A stretch of 63,525 nucleotides of DNA, filler included, from Phoronis australis (Eukaryota > Animalia > Phoronida): the NCBI GenBank assembly GCA_002633005.1. It is 12 parts of 12 records of this genome, joined end to end, with 100 filler letters (N's around TTAATTAATTAA, not from the genome) between each part and the next. Parts side by side here need not be neighbours in the genome. Positions count along the whole stretch, not along the records: positions 46,791 to 52,486 come from NMRA01002289.1; positions 52,587 to 54,814 come from NMRA01003782.1; positions 54,915 to 57,441 come from NMRA01001337.1; positions 57,542 to 61,860 come from NMRA01002626.1; positions 61,961 to 63,525 come from NMRA01002198.1; 7 more parts are not named here. The stretch is one strand, 5' to 3'. Of this stretch, positions 50,624 through 63,525 are shown one piece after another. A model generated the notes under the pieces. That model was not told where the DNA came from. It saw only the letters and a program-made list of their open reading frames with translations, and made no database searches. Position 1 is the stretch's first letter; the number at the start of each line of letters is the position of its first letter. Made by a program: the position numbers and the translations under genes.

Positions 50624-52586
50624 CATACAACATTAGCCATGTTCTGCACTGCATGCCTAATTCATTTTGATGTTAGTACTTCCGGTTTCAAGTTGTAACA
50701 CCATAGCTGTGTCCAAACTAAGTCTTACACTTATTACTTTTTTAAAGGTGGCGCTGAACGTAACTTTAACCATGAACACTCATAAACTCAACATCACATT
50801 GCTACATGGAAAAACAGAGCCTCATTTTAATACACAATCACAACTTTTTGCAAGAAATACATGCCCATAAACCAGGTGTTCACAGTTTTAGTTCAGATTA
50901 TAACTTAGTTCTCCACTAACAAGCTATCAATATTTCGCCTTCTAATGCCCAAATTAGCCGCTAATACAAGGAAGACAAGCTGATACGACAGTCAATTTTT
51001 CTATAAATAAATCCAACTTGTTAAAGACCCACGCAGCTCTAATTAGGACAAACCAGAATTTCAAACTTAAAACCAGACAAGAATAAATCAAGTCAAAAGG
51101 GATGAATCTTTCCTTCGAAGCAATCAATGAACTCTGTCCAACATGGTATTATCATAAATAATAAACAACACTAACTGGCTGTGTAATTTCCCAGAGAAAC
51201 GAGCAGGTTAGAAGACTTCAGCCAGGAGAGGTCCACATGAATCATAATCAGGTGATCAGTGCCATAGGCCCAGCCGTATGGCATAATCATGCCTGATGCA
51301 CCACAAATGGCATCAGAACATGCATAGACATTTCATTAACCATATCAAAGAACCAACGTATAGGCTTCAAGTCCAAAATACAAACCAAAACAACGGAGGT
51401 GAAAAATGGCACTGCACACAGCTTTAGCAAGTGAAAATCCTAAATTATCTGAGAAACTTGGGACCATAATTAACCAAAAATGACAATTCTGCAAAAAAAA
51501 TGTGCACCTCATTCCCATCAGACTCGATCTCCGTAATTTCAATGTTGCCGTTATCTAGAAATTCACTGACTGGAGAATGACCTTTGACTCCATCATCAGA
51601 AAGTTCTCCAAGTTTTGTCTCACCGCCTCTATCGTTTTCTTCCGCAATCCGTTTCAGTTCCTCCTTCGTGTAAATCTGTGGCCGTGGTATTCTGAATCGC
51701 GGTAGATACAATAGTCTATCCATTTCACAACTTACAGTTTGATCTTCAGCAACGTTATTCACTCAGCAGGAAGTTGGAGGCTAATGGACTAACTGCGGGG
51801 TGCAAACAGCTCCGCTTTTCTCAAGTTAAAAAATAATGCAGTACGGTACGATATCCTAGCAACTTTTTGTATTAGATGAACCTCTCAGAAAAACAAGCGT
51901 CTGTTAGTTTGTACTCTATTTACGTCTTTACAGATTATGACCAAAAGTAGCTATAAATATTCTGAACAAGAACAGTGTCTTCCTAAAATCAGACGTTTTT
52001 AATAAAAGTGGGCTTCTACAGCGCTTTGACAAGTAAAACAACCAGAAGCCAAAAAGTACATGAATTCTGCTCGTCGTCAGCAATTCTCTCAAGGCTTTTT
52101 TCCACATATATCTCCGATAACGAATGCTTTAAACGTCAGCTAGCCAATGTTAGTTGAATCCGCCATTCAACTTTACAGATGAGTGAATAGTCATCAATTA
52201 TCCAGAGCAAATGTCAATTTGAGCTCTCTGCAATTCAGATGTCTGAAGAATCCAGCCTCACACAAAGTGCAAGATATCATAGATCGGGTACATTTTCCAA
52301 CCCTAATCCTCTCACTCCGCCAACTCCTGCACACAACTGTTGAGCATGACAGAAGACACACAATAGATAGTATCTGGAAAATGTAGTTCACCTATGATAT
52401 GCTCATCTCTGCAAAGTTGCTATGGCAACCACTTTCAAACCAGGTAATTAGAATTAATGGTGAGATAAACACATCGATACCGAGGGNNNNNNNNNNNNNN
52501 NNNNNNNNNNNNNNNNNNNNNNNNNNNNNNTTAATTAATTAANNNNNNNNNNNNNNNNNNNNNNNNNNNNNNNNNNNNNNNNNNNN

Positions 52587-53947
52587 TTCTTCTCTTCATA
52601 CACCTCCCCCCCTCCCCGGCAACTTTTTGCTCCCCGGACCATCGCCGCCGTAAAAATGTTCAGACTCCAATAGAAACAATCATGTTCCAGCTGAAGCGGG
52701 CAATTACATGTAAGAACAAAATTATTCTGGGTGGCTAAAAAGGGTACAGTGTAGGTGGTAACTATATGCAGAAAGTCACCCCTACTAGATGGAGTTTGCC
52801 TCGCAAAATCGTATTATTATAACGTTTCTTACCATTGTAGTCTTTTAATATCTTATTGCCGCAAACACTAAGGTTAACGACTATGCTAACGCACAAACCA
52901 ACTCCCTACCTTTGAAGTGTTTCACAATAAGCGCTCAGAGATCTACTAAGCGTTCCCCTTCAACTTTTTAGAATTTCCAATTAAGCACCCACAGTTTAGG
53001 CTAGCACCCATCATATCGCACTACAAACGACCGCGCGTGGTTTAAAATTGACTCGCAGTCTATATGTTGTGTCATTTTACACAACTTCCGTTTTCAAAAA
53101 ACGTCTTTTCTCAATATGTAAAAACCAAATCCCGGCTTTGTTTTATACCTCCGAAAGAAAGTTAACACTAGTGACATGCGTGTCGTTTTGTGACTGACCT
53201 ATTTTTTCCGTACCTGGAAGGTATTGAGCAAACTTGCCATTACCAGATGGAAACTCGCATGGAGGGAGTCGGGAATTATTTGGAGGCTATTCACTTCATG
53301 GAAAACTAATTGTTGAGNTTGAGTACGTAAACAGCATAAGTACCACATTTTTGTTGTGAAATTTGCACTGAATTGTTTATTCGGTTAAAGCATCGTTTCA
53401 CAGATTTTTTTGCAACAGACGCTTTTCAAACATGAGTTAAGTTGCAAAATTTGGGCTGCGAACAAAAAGCGGAGGGAATTTGCCCTCGGAGTTAGTTTGA
53501 ATCTTTAACGACTTTGATGACAGCCAGTAGCAAGTCAGACCAAGCAAAATCCCGGATACTTTTTCAACGGGCATTTTCTCCCTTTTCAAATCGCAAACTT
53601 AGCTACTCGAATGCATGTGTCAGTTAGAGAACACTAATTCAACTTTCACATCGGGAACTTGACTTGCGCTCTAGAGACTTTCAATGGCGGTCGTGAAGAA
53701 CAGTAACGCCGTACCTGCATGAACGAAGTCAGTTTTGGGATCTGAAATTTGCGAGTATTTAACGCGGTAGGTAAGAGCATAATCCAAACATTTTCTCGAT
53801 GATCTAAAATCAATTTTGGCACGTAAAAATGGCGGGAAAATTTGCGACCTGGCATTTATAAATGCGAGCTGGATTTTGGAAATGCGACCTGGGATTCTGG
53901 CTAGGTCGCAAAATGCGACCTGGCGATTTTAATAGCGTCGAGCCATG
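52587..53947. mobile_element. Second, partial copy of the hAT5-like element
   Basis: Colinear with ~49512-50623, ends GTCGAGCCATG, and has an extra ~240 bp at ~53245-53487. Confidence 0.9.
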
Positions 53948-54689
53948 TGTATGATAATAATGTATATACTAGATTTCTTTGAATTTGTTTAACCCAGATA
54001 TAATGCCTCTTGGCGCTTTCTGGGTTATGTAATATTCATTGTATTGAAGATTTCGTAATAAACATTAAAAAAAAACTATCAGTAAGTCTGAAAAACAGAA
54101 ATTCTTTCAGTCTTTGAAGATTTGTTTCTTGCTTTTTTACAGTTACGTTGAAGAAATAGCTGATCTTCATTGACGGTAAAAGCAACAAACTTTGAACCAC
54201 GTGACAAACTATGGCATTCAAACTTCCTATATGATAAACAAAAAGAACACAATTCACTTTCTTCTGGCATAATTACTTGCGCATTTGCCAGAAAATATCG
54301 CAAATGAATGCACAAAGCATCGACAAAGATTAAACAACATTTTTTTCTAAAAGTCATTCTTGCTTCATATTCAGACAGTGTTTGTTTTCGATTCAATTCT
54401 CGTGCAACACTACAGGAAAACACACAATCATGCGTACATCCAGTGAAACAGCATTTCGTTTATTTTTGTTGCAAACAGAAACAGAAACAGAAAGCTTGCT
54501 ACCAGATCATATACAGATAAAACTGTAGTATACAGAACAAAAGCACATTAAATCAGATGGAAGATAATTTTTTTCATGATTGCTCATATTTGTAACAGAA
54601 TGATTTGTTGTACCAACACCAACAAGCTCAGAAATCTCAAACTATTTGTTTATAATAGTTTCATTGCTAGCTATGACTTGTAAACAAAC

Positions 54690-54814
54690 CTTATCCATTA
54701 GCCTGTCAAGATCTTCAAAAGCCATTGAGATGTTTTTGTCAGTCTCTTTCTGTTTCTGTTGAATTTTCCTTTCTATACCAACAATGCCAGCAGCCCGAAC
54801 GCCGGCAGAAGAAA
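54690..54814 (-). CDS. VPS36: Exon of ESCRT-II subunit VPS36 (EAP45), partial
   Basis: Hand translation [36 protein letters not shown], ending at the donor AAG|gtttgt. Confidence 0.9.
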
Positions 54815-55641
54815 NNNNNNNNNNNNNNNNNNNNNNNNNNNNNNNNNNNNNNNNNNNNTTAATTAATTAANNNNNNNNNNNNNNNNNNNNNNNNNNNNNN
54901 NNNNNNNNNNNNNNACTCGGCTATGCGCATCTGTTCTAGATTCTGAAATGAACTTGCCAATCAATACGACAGCACTTACAGCCGATTTTTCGGTTAAGCA
55001 AAACCAGGTCTTTCTAAACCCGGTCTAATTTTTTTTACCTAACTTGCATTTCACCAAGGTGGTTTAAAAATCTGAAAGCCTGATTTCGATGAGACCAGGG
55101 AGCGGGTTCAGTAAAACCAGAAAACTGGTGCCGAATCAAGTCGACCTAAGCAGCAGACTTGGAGAGATGTTGACCCAGACTGGCTTCACACGGTTGCCAC
55201 AATCAGAGAAATTCAGCGTCAAACAATAATAGGGTATTACTAAAAATGAAGGCTAGAAAGAAAATTTAATCAGTGAAAAAAATGCAAAGAAAAACGTCGA
55301 GGGACCCAGTGGCAAAATATAGGATATCATGAGGGGACATTTTTCGTTTTGTAATGTCTGTGTCCAACACACGTACACACATTAAAGTACATGCTTACGA
55401 TAAACATGATGAATGCCCGAATTTATTTCCGTGTCAATTTAGTATTTTTTGCTGCCAAAGGGGGGGGGGGGCAGTACCCTTGCCCGGCAGCCTCAATTTG
55501 GGACCAATGGAGGTGGAACTCAGAAGACTCAGAAGATGCCGTCTTCAGTCAAATCCGTAGCGCTTACGACGATGACGCCCTGCTCAATCAGTCGTAGGCT
55601 GAGGAAACCGAAAGACACCCTGCAACACGTACTGGTCTACG

Positions 55642-55795
55642 CATAGACGGATCCAGGCTGTCAAGGGGTCCGTATCCTCCTTTTCCCCTTGATTCCAATG
55701 ATATGAAATCTATAATTTCAAATTTTTGACTTGGACCCCCCTTTAAAAAATCATTGATCTGACCCCCTCCGTTAAGAATCCCGGATCCGCCCCTT
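55642..55795. mobile_element. Degenerate small MITE (CGGATCCAGG / CCGGATCCGCCC ends)
   Basis: Imperfect inverted termini; no clean TSD. Confidence 0.4.
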
Positions 55796-58707
55796 TACGT
55801 GATCTTATGTCGTTGTAAAACTCATTGAACATTGAAAATACTTCGTTCTTGGTTTAAAACTGCGTCGTAATTGCACACCGAGGCATCATTCAGTTGCACC
55901 TATATCGTTCAAGTCTGTCATAGCTAACAGTATTAAAGGCGAAGGCAACCTTTTTCCATGTCATTTCCTAGACATATTTTCCACTTAATTACAGCTTTTC
56001 GTAATTTTATTAATTACTCGTCCGCTATTCCGGAAGTGACGTTTTAGGAGGCAAGCGTTTCCCGCCACTTGGTTTTGCGTTGACTTTACCGTGCGAATCT
56101 GTTCTATTCTACTTTTGTTTTGTGTTGTTTTTCAACAATTGTCGCACCACTTTCCATCGACGAGTATTCTGCGGCAAGATAGGTTAGTAGAGAACTCAAC
56201 TACGTTGCATTTAGGGATTGTTTAGTGTGTTGTAAGCTGAAAATGGCTGGAGTCGGTGACCCGTATCACAGTGACAGTAGTGTCAGTGACGGAGATCTTG
56301 CAGGGCTCAACATTAACTTTTTAAGCCACTTGCCCTTCGGGCAAGAAGTTGAAATTTTTACTTGCCCGAACAACAAATTCACGTGCCCCAAGTACAATCC
56401 CAAATAGCACCGTGCATGTGCACACCTAGGTAATGTGTTACCGTAGGGCTGCCTGCGCTGAGCCTCCTCTTGTGTCGTGCATGCTATGAGTAGCTATTTT
56501 TTAACGATTCTTCTTATAGAACATTTATTTATAAGGTGTGTCAAAACGTTAGATAGACAAATTAGAAGAGTAACTATGGTATCAGAACCATTGTCTCACG
56601 TTCACAGGCGCCGAAATGAGCTAGGACATGAACTCTAGACACTTCTGTGTATTCATTAGTTTATACGCCCTCATGCATTAAACTTTGCTTAACCTGAATT
56701 TTTGCTATCCGTAAAAATCTTGCACAGTTTTGGTCATCGGTACCTTGTATTAAATTAAAATTAAATTTTAACATATAATAATGCCACATATACTTTTATT
56801 TTCATTAAATAATTACATTTTTGAAAAATAGATACGCCGCGAAAAAGTCACCCTTCAGAGCGACAATCATGAAGACCGTATTCCTCTTCTTTCGGGAGTC
56901 GCCAGCGGGAGCCGGGAATTCATAAGATTTTCCTTTGGAATTCCTCCTGAATAAATACCAGGCCTTTAAAACTGCTATGTAGTGTAGAAAATATGTGTAG
57001 TCGGTGGGCCAGATTTTGTAGGGCCTCTAGAAAATGGTTTTTGTGAGTACTTTAGGGGGGCAATTTTATTTTGGTGTTTTTTAGTTCATTTATTAGAGTG
57101 TTTTCAAAATCTAAAAAGTTCCCACATATAAAGTTGCACATTTTTGAGAAATTTGAGTTTGAAGTTACCTAATAATCACCAAAGAGCTTAGTAAACTTAT
57201 ATTTGTAAAAACAACAGTTTTGGTGACTTTTTTGTAAAACAAGTAATATGGTCCCATCAGTGCCATTGTATTGAACAATATTACACTCACATTACATGTT
57301 TTACTATTGTAAATTAATTGTAAACAGTGAAATTTAAAAAACGTAAAGAGACACCTAGTGGCAAAAATACAAACTAAGTCTGAATGTTTCTAGGAAGTTA
57401 TTCTGGCATTGTCAGGCAACAAAAATAACACAAAACACTTGNNNNNNNNNNNNNNNNNNNNNNNNNNNNNNNNNNNNNNNNNNNNTTAATTAATTAANNN
57501 NNNNNNNNNNNNNNNNNNNNNNNNNNNNNNNNNNNNNNNNNAAACACTACCGGCATCTAACCATGCCTCTGTAACAATGCAGCAAATTACAACCAGGCGT
57601 GCGTTCAGTAACGCTAGATCTCACCTAGAGGAGCTAAACGCCACTCGATAGGAGACAAGGTATTCTTAAGCATAAGTCACCAACCTATCTCAATACATAC
57701 CTCCCAGACAAGGAAGAGATTTAGCAATTTGTAATATAATCACAAAACCACAACACTATAACTCTTGGGTCTGTTTCATGAAAAACGACTGACGATCTAA
57801 GTCAGAAAAGTGGCCTTGCACTTCAGAAAAAATAAGTAAATCACACTAGAGCAAAGCCACAAAGACTCTGAGTATACATACATCGCTGTTAGTCACTCAG
57901 ATAATGGATTATTTCCAGACTGTGGTGTACTCATCTTGTAATTATTTGACTAAACCAATATTAAATAATTATCCAATGAAAGCATAAGACCAAGTTTCTA
58001 TTAAAGTCTTAAGTCATTTCTAGAATGTCTTAATTCATCATGATGAAAGTAACTCACTTCATCATTGCTGAAAGAGTTCTGCCAAGTAATGTTGAGTGCA
58101 TAAGAGTTTAGAAATAATTTACAAAAATTACCTCAAAACTACCAGTTATGTGTATATTCCCACACTTTTGCACAAGAGAGAAAAATTATTTTAATACCTG
58201 TGCTTAAGACCTAATTTCATAAGTAACTTTTCATGAAACAGAACACTGGTTAAAACTAATACCCCTAAGAAGTCCATCCCATCCAAAAATAATCCCAAAA
58301 ATGCTTTTTCAGCCCTAAAATCAATAGTGTCCCTTTAATATAAAAATATTACTAGGATAGCTTTTCGTAAAATTTCTACCAGTTTTAAACTGAATACTTT
58401 TGACTGTTAAGTGATGTACTTGATGCAAAGTAACAGTTCCACCACAGACAGATATAAGCGCCATCTTTTGGGTTTAGCATACCTCACTATACTGTGTTAG
58501 AACAAGTGCTGTGTATTTTCAGTCAGCCTAAGTCACTTAATCTGCGAGAGAGATGAACCTAACTTATGGAAAAGCCTTCATACCCCCTATAACATCCCAG
58601 TGGCTGGAACTGCATATTGAGGCACAAAATAGGACCAAGCAACTTTCACGATATTGCATGTTAATGCCTTTCTCCATCAAGATGTTTCCTTTTGATCTAA
58701 CAAGTGA

Positions 58708-60128
58708 CTAAACTTCTTTCCTCACCATCCTAGGAAGAGCCTGGTTAGTATCTCTCAGACTGACCTTTTGCACAGGGGTCTTTTCCGACTTTTTAGCTGT
58801 ATTACCATCACTGAAACTATTTATTGGAATTTGTTTATTACCATTGATGAGCCCTCTTTGTTCCTGACCTTGACCTCTGTTTCTTCCTAAATTGTTATCT
58901 GCAACATTTGCCTGGTCAGATACGATGCCTTTGGGCGCAGATAATTTCTGATTCTTTAACACATTGTCCCCTGTACCCTTCCCACCACTGGCAGCTGGAG
59001 GACTTTGATTTTCAACCTTTGTCAAGTGCTTATTTTCAGTGGGGCGGTGGCCAATCATTTGGCCAGTTAATTTCTGCTTCCGAAATGAACTGTCCCCTGA
59101 ACCCTTCACAACATGGATAATTGGAGGGTTTTGACCTGAGACTTTTTCAAAACCTTTGTTTTGAACAGTACGAACGTCTTGGTGTTGGCCACTGTGAATG
59201 GTTCCTTTAGCCAAATCTTGATCTTTAACCATGACTTTACTCTTAGGCCCAGCTTGTCCTGAATTAGGAACAACATCCAAAGGTGGATTTAAATCTCTCT
59301 TTTGAACCTGTGGATTATTTAGACCTCTATTCTCCAGTTGGGACGAGCCCATAGAGCCACCACCTCCATTCTGCATCAGCTTCGTGTGAACTGGCTGCAT
59401 ATTGTCTCCAGTACCTTTACTATCTGTTTGTGGTGGAACATTTATAAACTTCTTCTGTTGCATCAAATCAGTCCTCGGTGCTATGTTCTTGTCGTGGAAA
59501 GGCCGGGCTGGCCAGGACTTGGGACCATTGGAAAGTGCTGAGGCAATGAATTGATTATAGTACTTTAATCGATCTTGAACCATCTCCACGTTAACTGTCA
59601 GCCATTCATCAACAGTGTCATGGTAGAAGATGCTGGACANACCGCCTTATAGACATCACTGCCAGGGAACTCTCCAGAGACCTCTGACAACTTGGGCATT
59701 TCAGGCACTTCCAACTTGTACGTGTTCGTCATCTTGAGCAACTTTTTGGAGATGTTTTCCAACAACTGTTTGTCGATAGTACCATACTTGGAGGCCTGGA
59801 GACACACAACCATTGACGGCACTGCCTGTGGCAGCAGTTCACACAAGGTTGCAAAATGGTCAAATCGTTGCCAGCCAGTCATAGCGATTCCGCGAAAGTT
59901 GATGTGGTGACGGTGTTTGCTGAGAACCTTCAACCAGGCCATGTGGTTCTTGAGGTGATAGAATGCATTGGTAATGTACTGGTTGCTTCCAGTAGCTCCC
60001 TTGAATGAAGATGCCACCCACATGTTGGGAAATGCTTTGCTGTACTTTGCCAGAAGTTCATCGGTAATGTATTTACCCACATCAGGTGGATACCGCCAGA
60101 TCATAGGCTCGACCAGGTTGCTGACAGA
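58708..60128 (-). CDS. HEXD: Hexosaminidase D-like (GH20), terminal exon region; frame broken at the N at 59640
   Basis: VEPMIWRY, WVASSFKGATG, GIAMTGWQRFDHFATLCELLP; after the N the frame resumes SSIFYHDTVDEWL...WPARP plus a long tail; acceptor ttccag| at 60128. Confidence 0.9.
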
Positions 60129-60673
60129 CTGGAATGAATATGATACAGTTCATTAAGACACAGCCCTCACAAGGTGAAACCGCATAAGACATTGCTTAGC
60201 TATAAGAGAAAGCATATTACTGAGATAGTCTCACACATTTGATACACCACCCAACCAGAAATCAATTCAACTTTAAAAGGTTTTCATTCAGAAGAGACAT
60301 CTTCAAACTTGAAACGATGTGTGCTTATTATAATTTGGTCGACAGCTGGCGGTAGAGACTACTAACATTTAATCAAACAAAAGAGTGATAACTCAAATGA
60401 AAGAATCGTACATGTATCTGGATGAGAAAACATGGGATTATCCGAAATAACTGATAACTTGCATGAAACTAGCAGAATATACAAAAATAAGATTACAGCC
60501 ACCAGCTGCTGCACTAAATATTAGTTTTTAATTACTATAAGATGATGGAAACTTACACCCATGCCAACTTGGCAAGTCATTAAAATGAACCGTTAGACAA
60601 TTATACTCAAGATATCAGTGATTTGTATTTAATAATCAACAAAAACATCACCCAAACAATGCGCATATCTTAC

Positions 60674-60750
60674 TTTTAGAACGTCCAGGGGTGTGTGGCG
60701 GTACATGTCATCCCACATAACTGGTACCTTGCCATACTTGCGAACAAACT
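60674..60750 (-). CDS. HEXD: Upstream exon of the hexosaminidase D-like gene
   Basis: tttcag|AG..FVRKYGKVPVMWDDMYRHTPLDVLK|gtaag; splices in frame to 60128. Confidence 0.88.
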
Positions 60751-61049
60751 CTGAAAAGACCAAAATTATGAGAACAAAAGTCTGTCTTTATTTGACTAAT
60801 TACAGTACAAGCCTAGAGCTCTAAAAGACCCTGGGCAGTGTTTCAAAGACAAACAGTTCCATAAGTCCTGCAATTCCAATTTAAGATGAGAGTTCCAAAA
60901 CATAACGACTGTGGGCAGACGGAGTTCTTACTGAAGACTGTAAAAAAATTCAATGTTATAACACCTGCAAGGTCATTCTACTACTGTCATGCTGGGAAAT
61001 GGAGTGTTATCCAATAAGTCAAAGCTTGACAAGTATCGAAAATTTTGCC

Positions 61050-61800
61050 AACCGGCCATGGCCTAGTATTTGGAATTTTCCAAATATAGACTTGAGAAAC
61101 TACTACCATAGCCACAATTAAAATTGTCTATCGTTTGAAGAATTCCAAAAATGAACAGCACCGATTAAAATCAATAATTGTGAGGAACAGACTTATAAGC
61201 CATGAAACTCTTAGAAATTTACTAGGCAGACTCCATTACAATTCGCCACTAGGTTGTGCCACAGTAGTAACATCTGTGCAAAAACAACACCAGTCGTGTT
61301 TTCTGAATGGAAAGCCATATGCCAAAATTTCATGAAGAACAATCAACGATCTTTGTAGATATTGAGACAAAGAAGAAAACCCAAATTGCCACAAGATAGC
61401 ACCATCTAACAAGAATCATCGCCCGTGCTCTCTCTTCATGAAGATCCGTTGAGGAACTTGGAAGACATTGAACCAGGAACAAAAGAAACTGCCTCTAAGG
61501 GGTGCTATAGTCATCAGAATTATCCAAAAACCAAACGTTGGTAGCATACATTGTAGCTCTCCTCAACGTGACCACACATGCCTAAAATCGATAATAAGAT
61601 AACAATTGCCACCAGGCGATGCCAGAATAGACCTGTCTGAAATAATATCAGGCAAGTGGAACTCTGCTTCTGAAACTGCTGTAATTGTAACATTATGTTA
61701 CGGTAGTGTCCTTCATAGTAGATAGTTATGTGTCAAATGTCATGAACAACTAAGAAATATAGTAGACATTGACTGAGGCAACAAGTAAAGAAAAACTAAA
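61050..61800 (+). repeat. Third GCCACTAGG-family array, in the presumed HEXD intron
   Basis: Cores at ~61241, 61384, 61488 and 61604; GCCAAAATTTCATGAA at 61321. Confidence 0.55.
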
Positions 61801-63125
61801 TTGCTTACATCTCCTTAATCTGGGTAGCCTCATCAACATGAGATGGGTAAGCAATAGATGNNNNNNNNNNNNNNNNNNNNNNNNNNNNNNNNNNNNNNNN
61901 NNNNTTAATTAATTAANNNNNNNNNNNNNNNNNNNNNNNNNNNNNNNNNNNNNNNNNNNNAGTCATCCACCTCAGCAGCAATGTTCATCCACCTCAGCAG
62001 CAATTTTTTCTTCAATATGAGAGACACCTGAAGGGCTTTTCATCAAAATGGTAATTCACAGTAAAAAAAAATGCTAAGAAATAAACCCAAAATTTTAACA
62101 ACCATTTGAGCACTTTTAGATCTCAAAAAACTCAACATTTTTGATGACTAGTAGCTGTTGTTACAAGTGCTCACTTGGGTTGAGGTGGCTATGAACAATC
62201 GATCATTACTATATGAAGACATTTGTTTGCCGGTGGTTTTGATGCCAAATATCTATTCTACTAAGATAGATCAAACTCACAATTAAATTTCAAGGACAAG
62301 TGTAACATTTGGCTTCAGCTGAGATTGACTCATTCAAATCTGGGCAAGTTTTCCATGTTTTCTGCTTGTATGACCCCATGACCTTTCAAACCCGAACTGT
62401 GGAACTTAAGGTGCAACTTGACACTTTTATTTTTCATTTTTACGAAGACAATGGGTGACTATACAAAAAAGTGGGTACTTCATTTTCTACTAGCTTCTGT
62501 AATTATTTACAATGTCACAAAAACTGTGATTATTGGGATGAGTTCTGATTGTGGTTTTCAGTGAAAACTGAGGTACCCAACTTTTAAGGTAAACGCGATA
62601 GAATTTGTTTTAAGTGCATTTTAGAAATTACCATAAGAAAGTAAACAAAAATGCATAATATGATCCAAATCTGTCACATAGTGTATACCACCCCTGTATG
62701 GATTTTTGCCTGGTCTGAAGTGTACTGCACTGTGAAGAAGGTATGAGTGAGAATACTTTTGTGGCAGGTAGAGTGGTGAACACAATAGTGTTAGTTTGCC
62801 ATCTTGGTTTTGTTACAGATGAGGAATTAAATTTACTCTTAACAAAATCAATGCATCTAAATTCTCGTTGCTTGGTTTTACACACAAAAGTTTTGACTAA
62901 TGATTTAAAGAGTTTTTTCGAATAACTGTTGTTAAATGAACTGCAGATATTATGAATAGTAAAATGTCTCAATTGTTTTAACAAAATGTTTCATAAGTAA
63001 AAGTGAAGTGTGAAGTTGAATATTATATCACTTGACTTTCAAAGAACTCTGTTTATTTATGAATTAGTACATTACTGAAATGATTTTGTGTGAGTTGATA
63101 AAGTGAAATTACATTTTATTTTCAG

Positions 63126-63249
63126 ATGACTGGTTTACAAGGAATGAACTCTTATGAACAAGCACTAGCAAAAGATGGCAGCACAGGCAGGTTTACTGCT
63201 GACAAAAGTGGCATGGCATCAAAAAAGGGTATACAGACTCACCCAGATG
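63126..63249 (+). CDS. Isolated 124-nt exon of an unidentified gene
   Basis: ttttattttcag|ATG...GATG|gtaagt; reads MTGLQGMNSYEQALAKDGSTGRFTADKSGMASKKGIQTHPD. Confidence 0.6.
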
Positions 63250-63525
63250 GTAAGTGACCTTAAGTTGCATCTTGGTGTATGACACACTTAACATCTTCCT
63301 AATTCAGTCATGCTGCTAGCAAAATATTGCACACTGTCAATGAATGTGCATATTTCATTTAATACTGACCATGAATTTCATCATCATCAGAGAAAGTGTT
63401 TCTTTTATATTGATATAGCACACTGTTTAAAACTTGTCTTTACCTGGAGTACTTGTAGATTTTTTAGTGTGTCGAGTTATCGTTCTTAATTTTACTAGTA
63501 TTGGATGATGCTCATTGTTTTCATC

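Noticed and set aside
5869-54814. VPS9 plus VPS36 as an archaeal (Asgard-like) endosomal gene set
   Set aside because: The genes lie on separate contigs among animal transposons, VPS36 has a spliceosomal donor site, and the 16S is Methanosarcinaceae-type.
59640-59640. HEXD pseudogene or programmed frameshift
   Set aside because: The frame break coincides with an N join, so it is best explained by assembly.

Overview
This window is not one locus. It is a pseudomolecule of 12 contigs or scaffolds joined by 11 identical 100-nt linkers (44 N + TTAATTAATTAA + 44 N) at 8522-8621, 12487-12586, 18207-18306, 21844-21943, 28630-28729, 40759-40858, 46691-46790, 52487-52586, 54815-54914, 57442-57541 and 61861-61960. 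There are also two internal gaps, at 7056-7562 and 34599-34963. One contig (12587-18206) is a complete archaeal rRNA operon (16S, tRNA-Ala, 23S, 5S, then tRNA-Cys) of Methanosarcinaceae type, with intact bulge-helix-bulge processing stems. The other contigs are AT-rich, gene-poor, repeat-rich DNA that looks like an invertebrate animal genome. They carry spliced fragments of VPS36 and a hexosaminidase D-like gene, a VPS9-domain gene, two orphan exons and many transposon remnants (Ngaro/DIRS, RTE and CR1-type LINEs, Gypsy, hAT, and probable hAT5, Kolobok, Academ, pogo, P-like and Helentron-like elements). Several repeat families recur across contigs, which suggests one animal source for at least six of them. 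I found no novel multi-gene system that I can support. The best leads are the methanogen-animal co-occurrence, a minisatellite that multiplies a splice acceptor, a dispersed satellite with CTCF-like motifs, 75-88 bp hairpin transposons with 8-bp TSDs, a nested-palindrome foldback element and a HEXD with a long C-terminal tail. All family assignments come from recalled motifs, not database searches.
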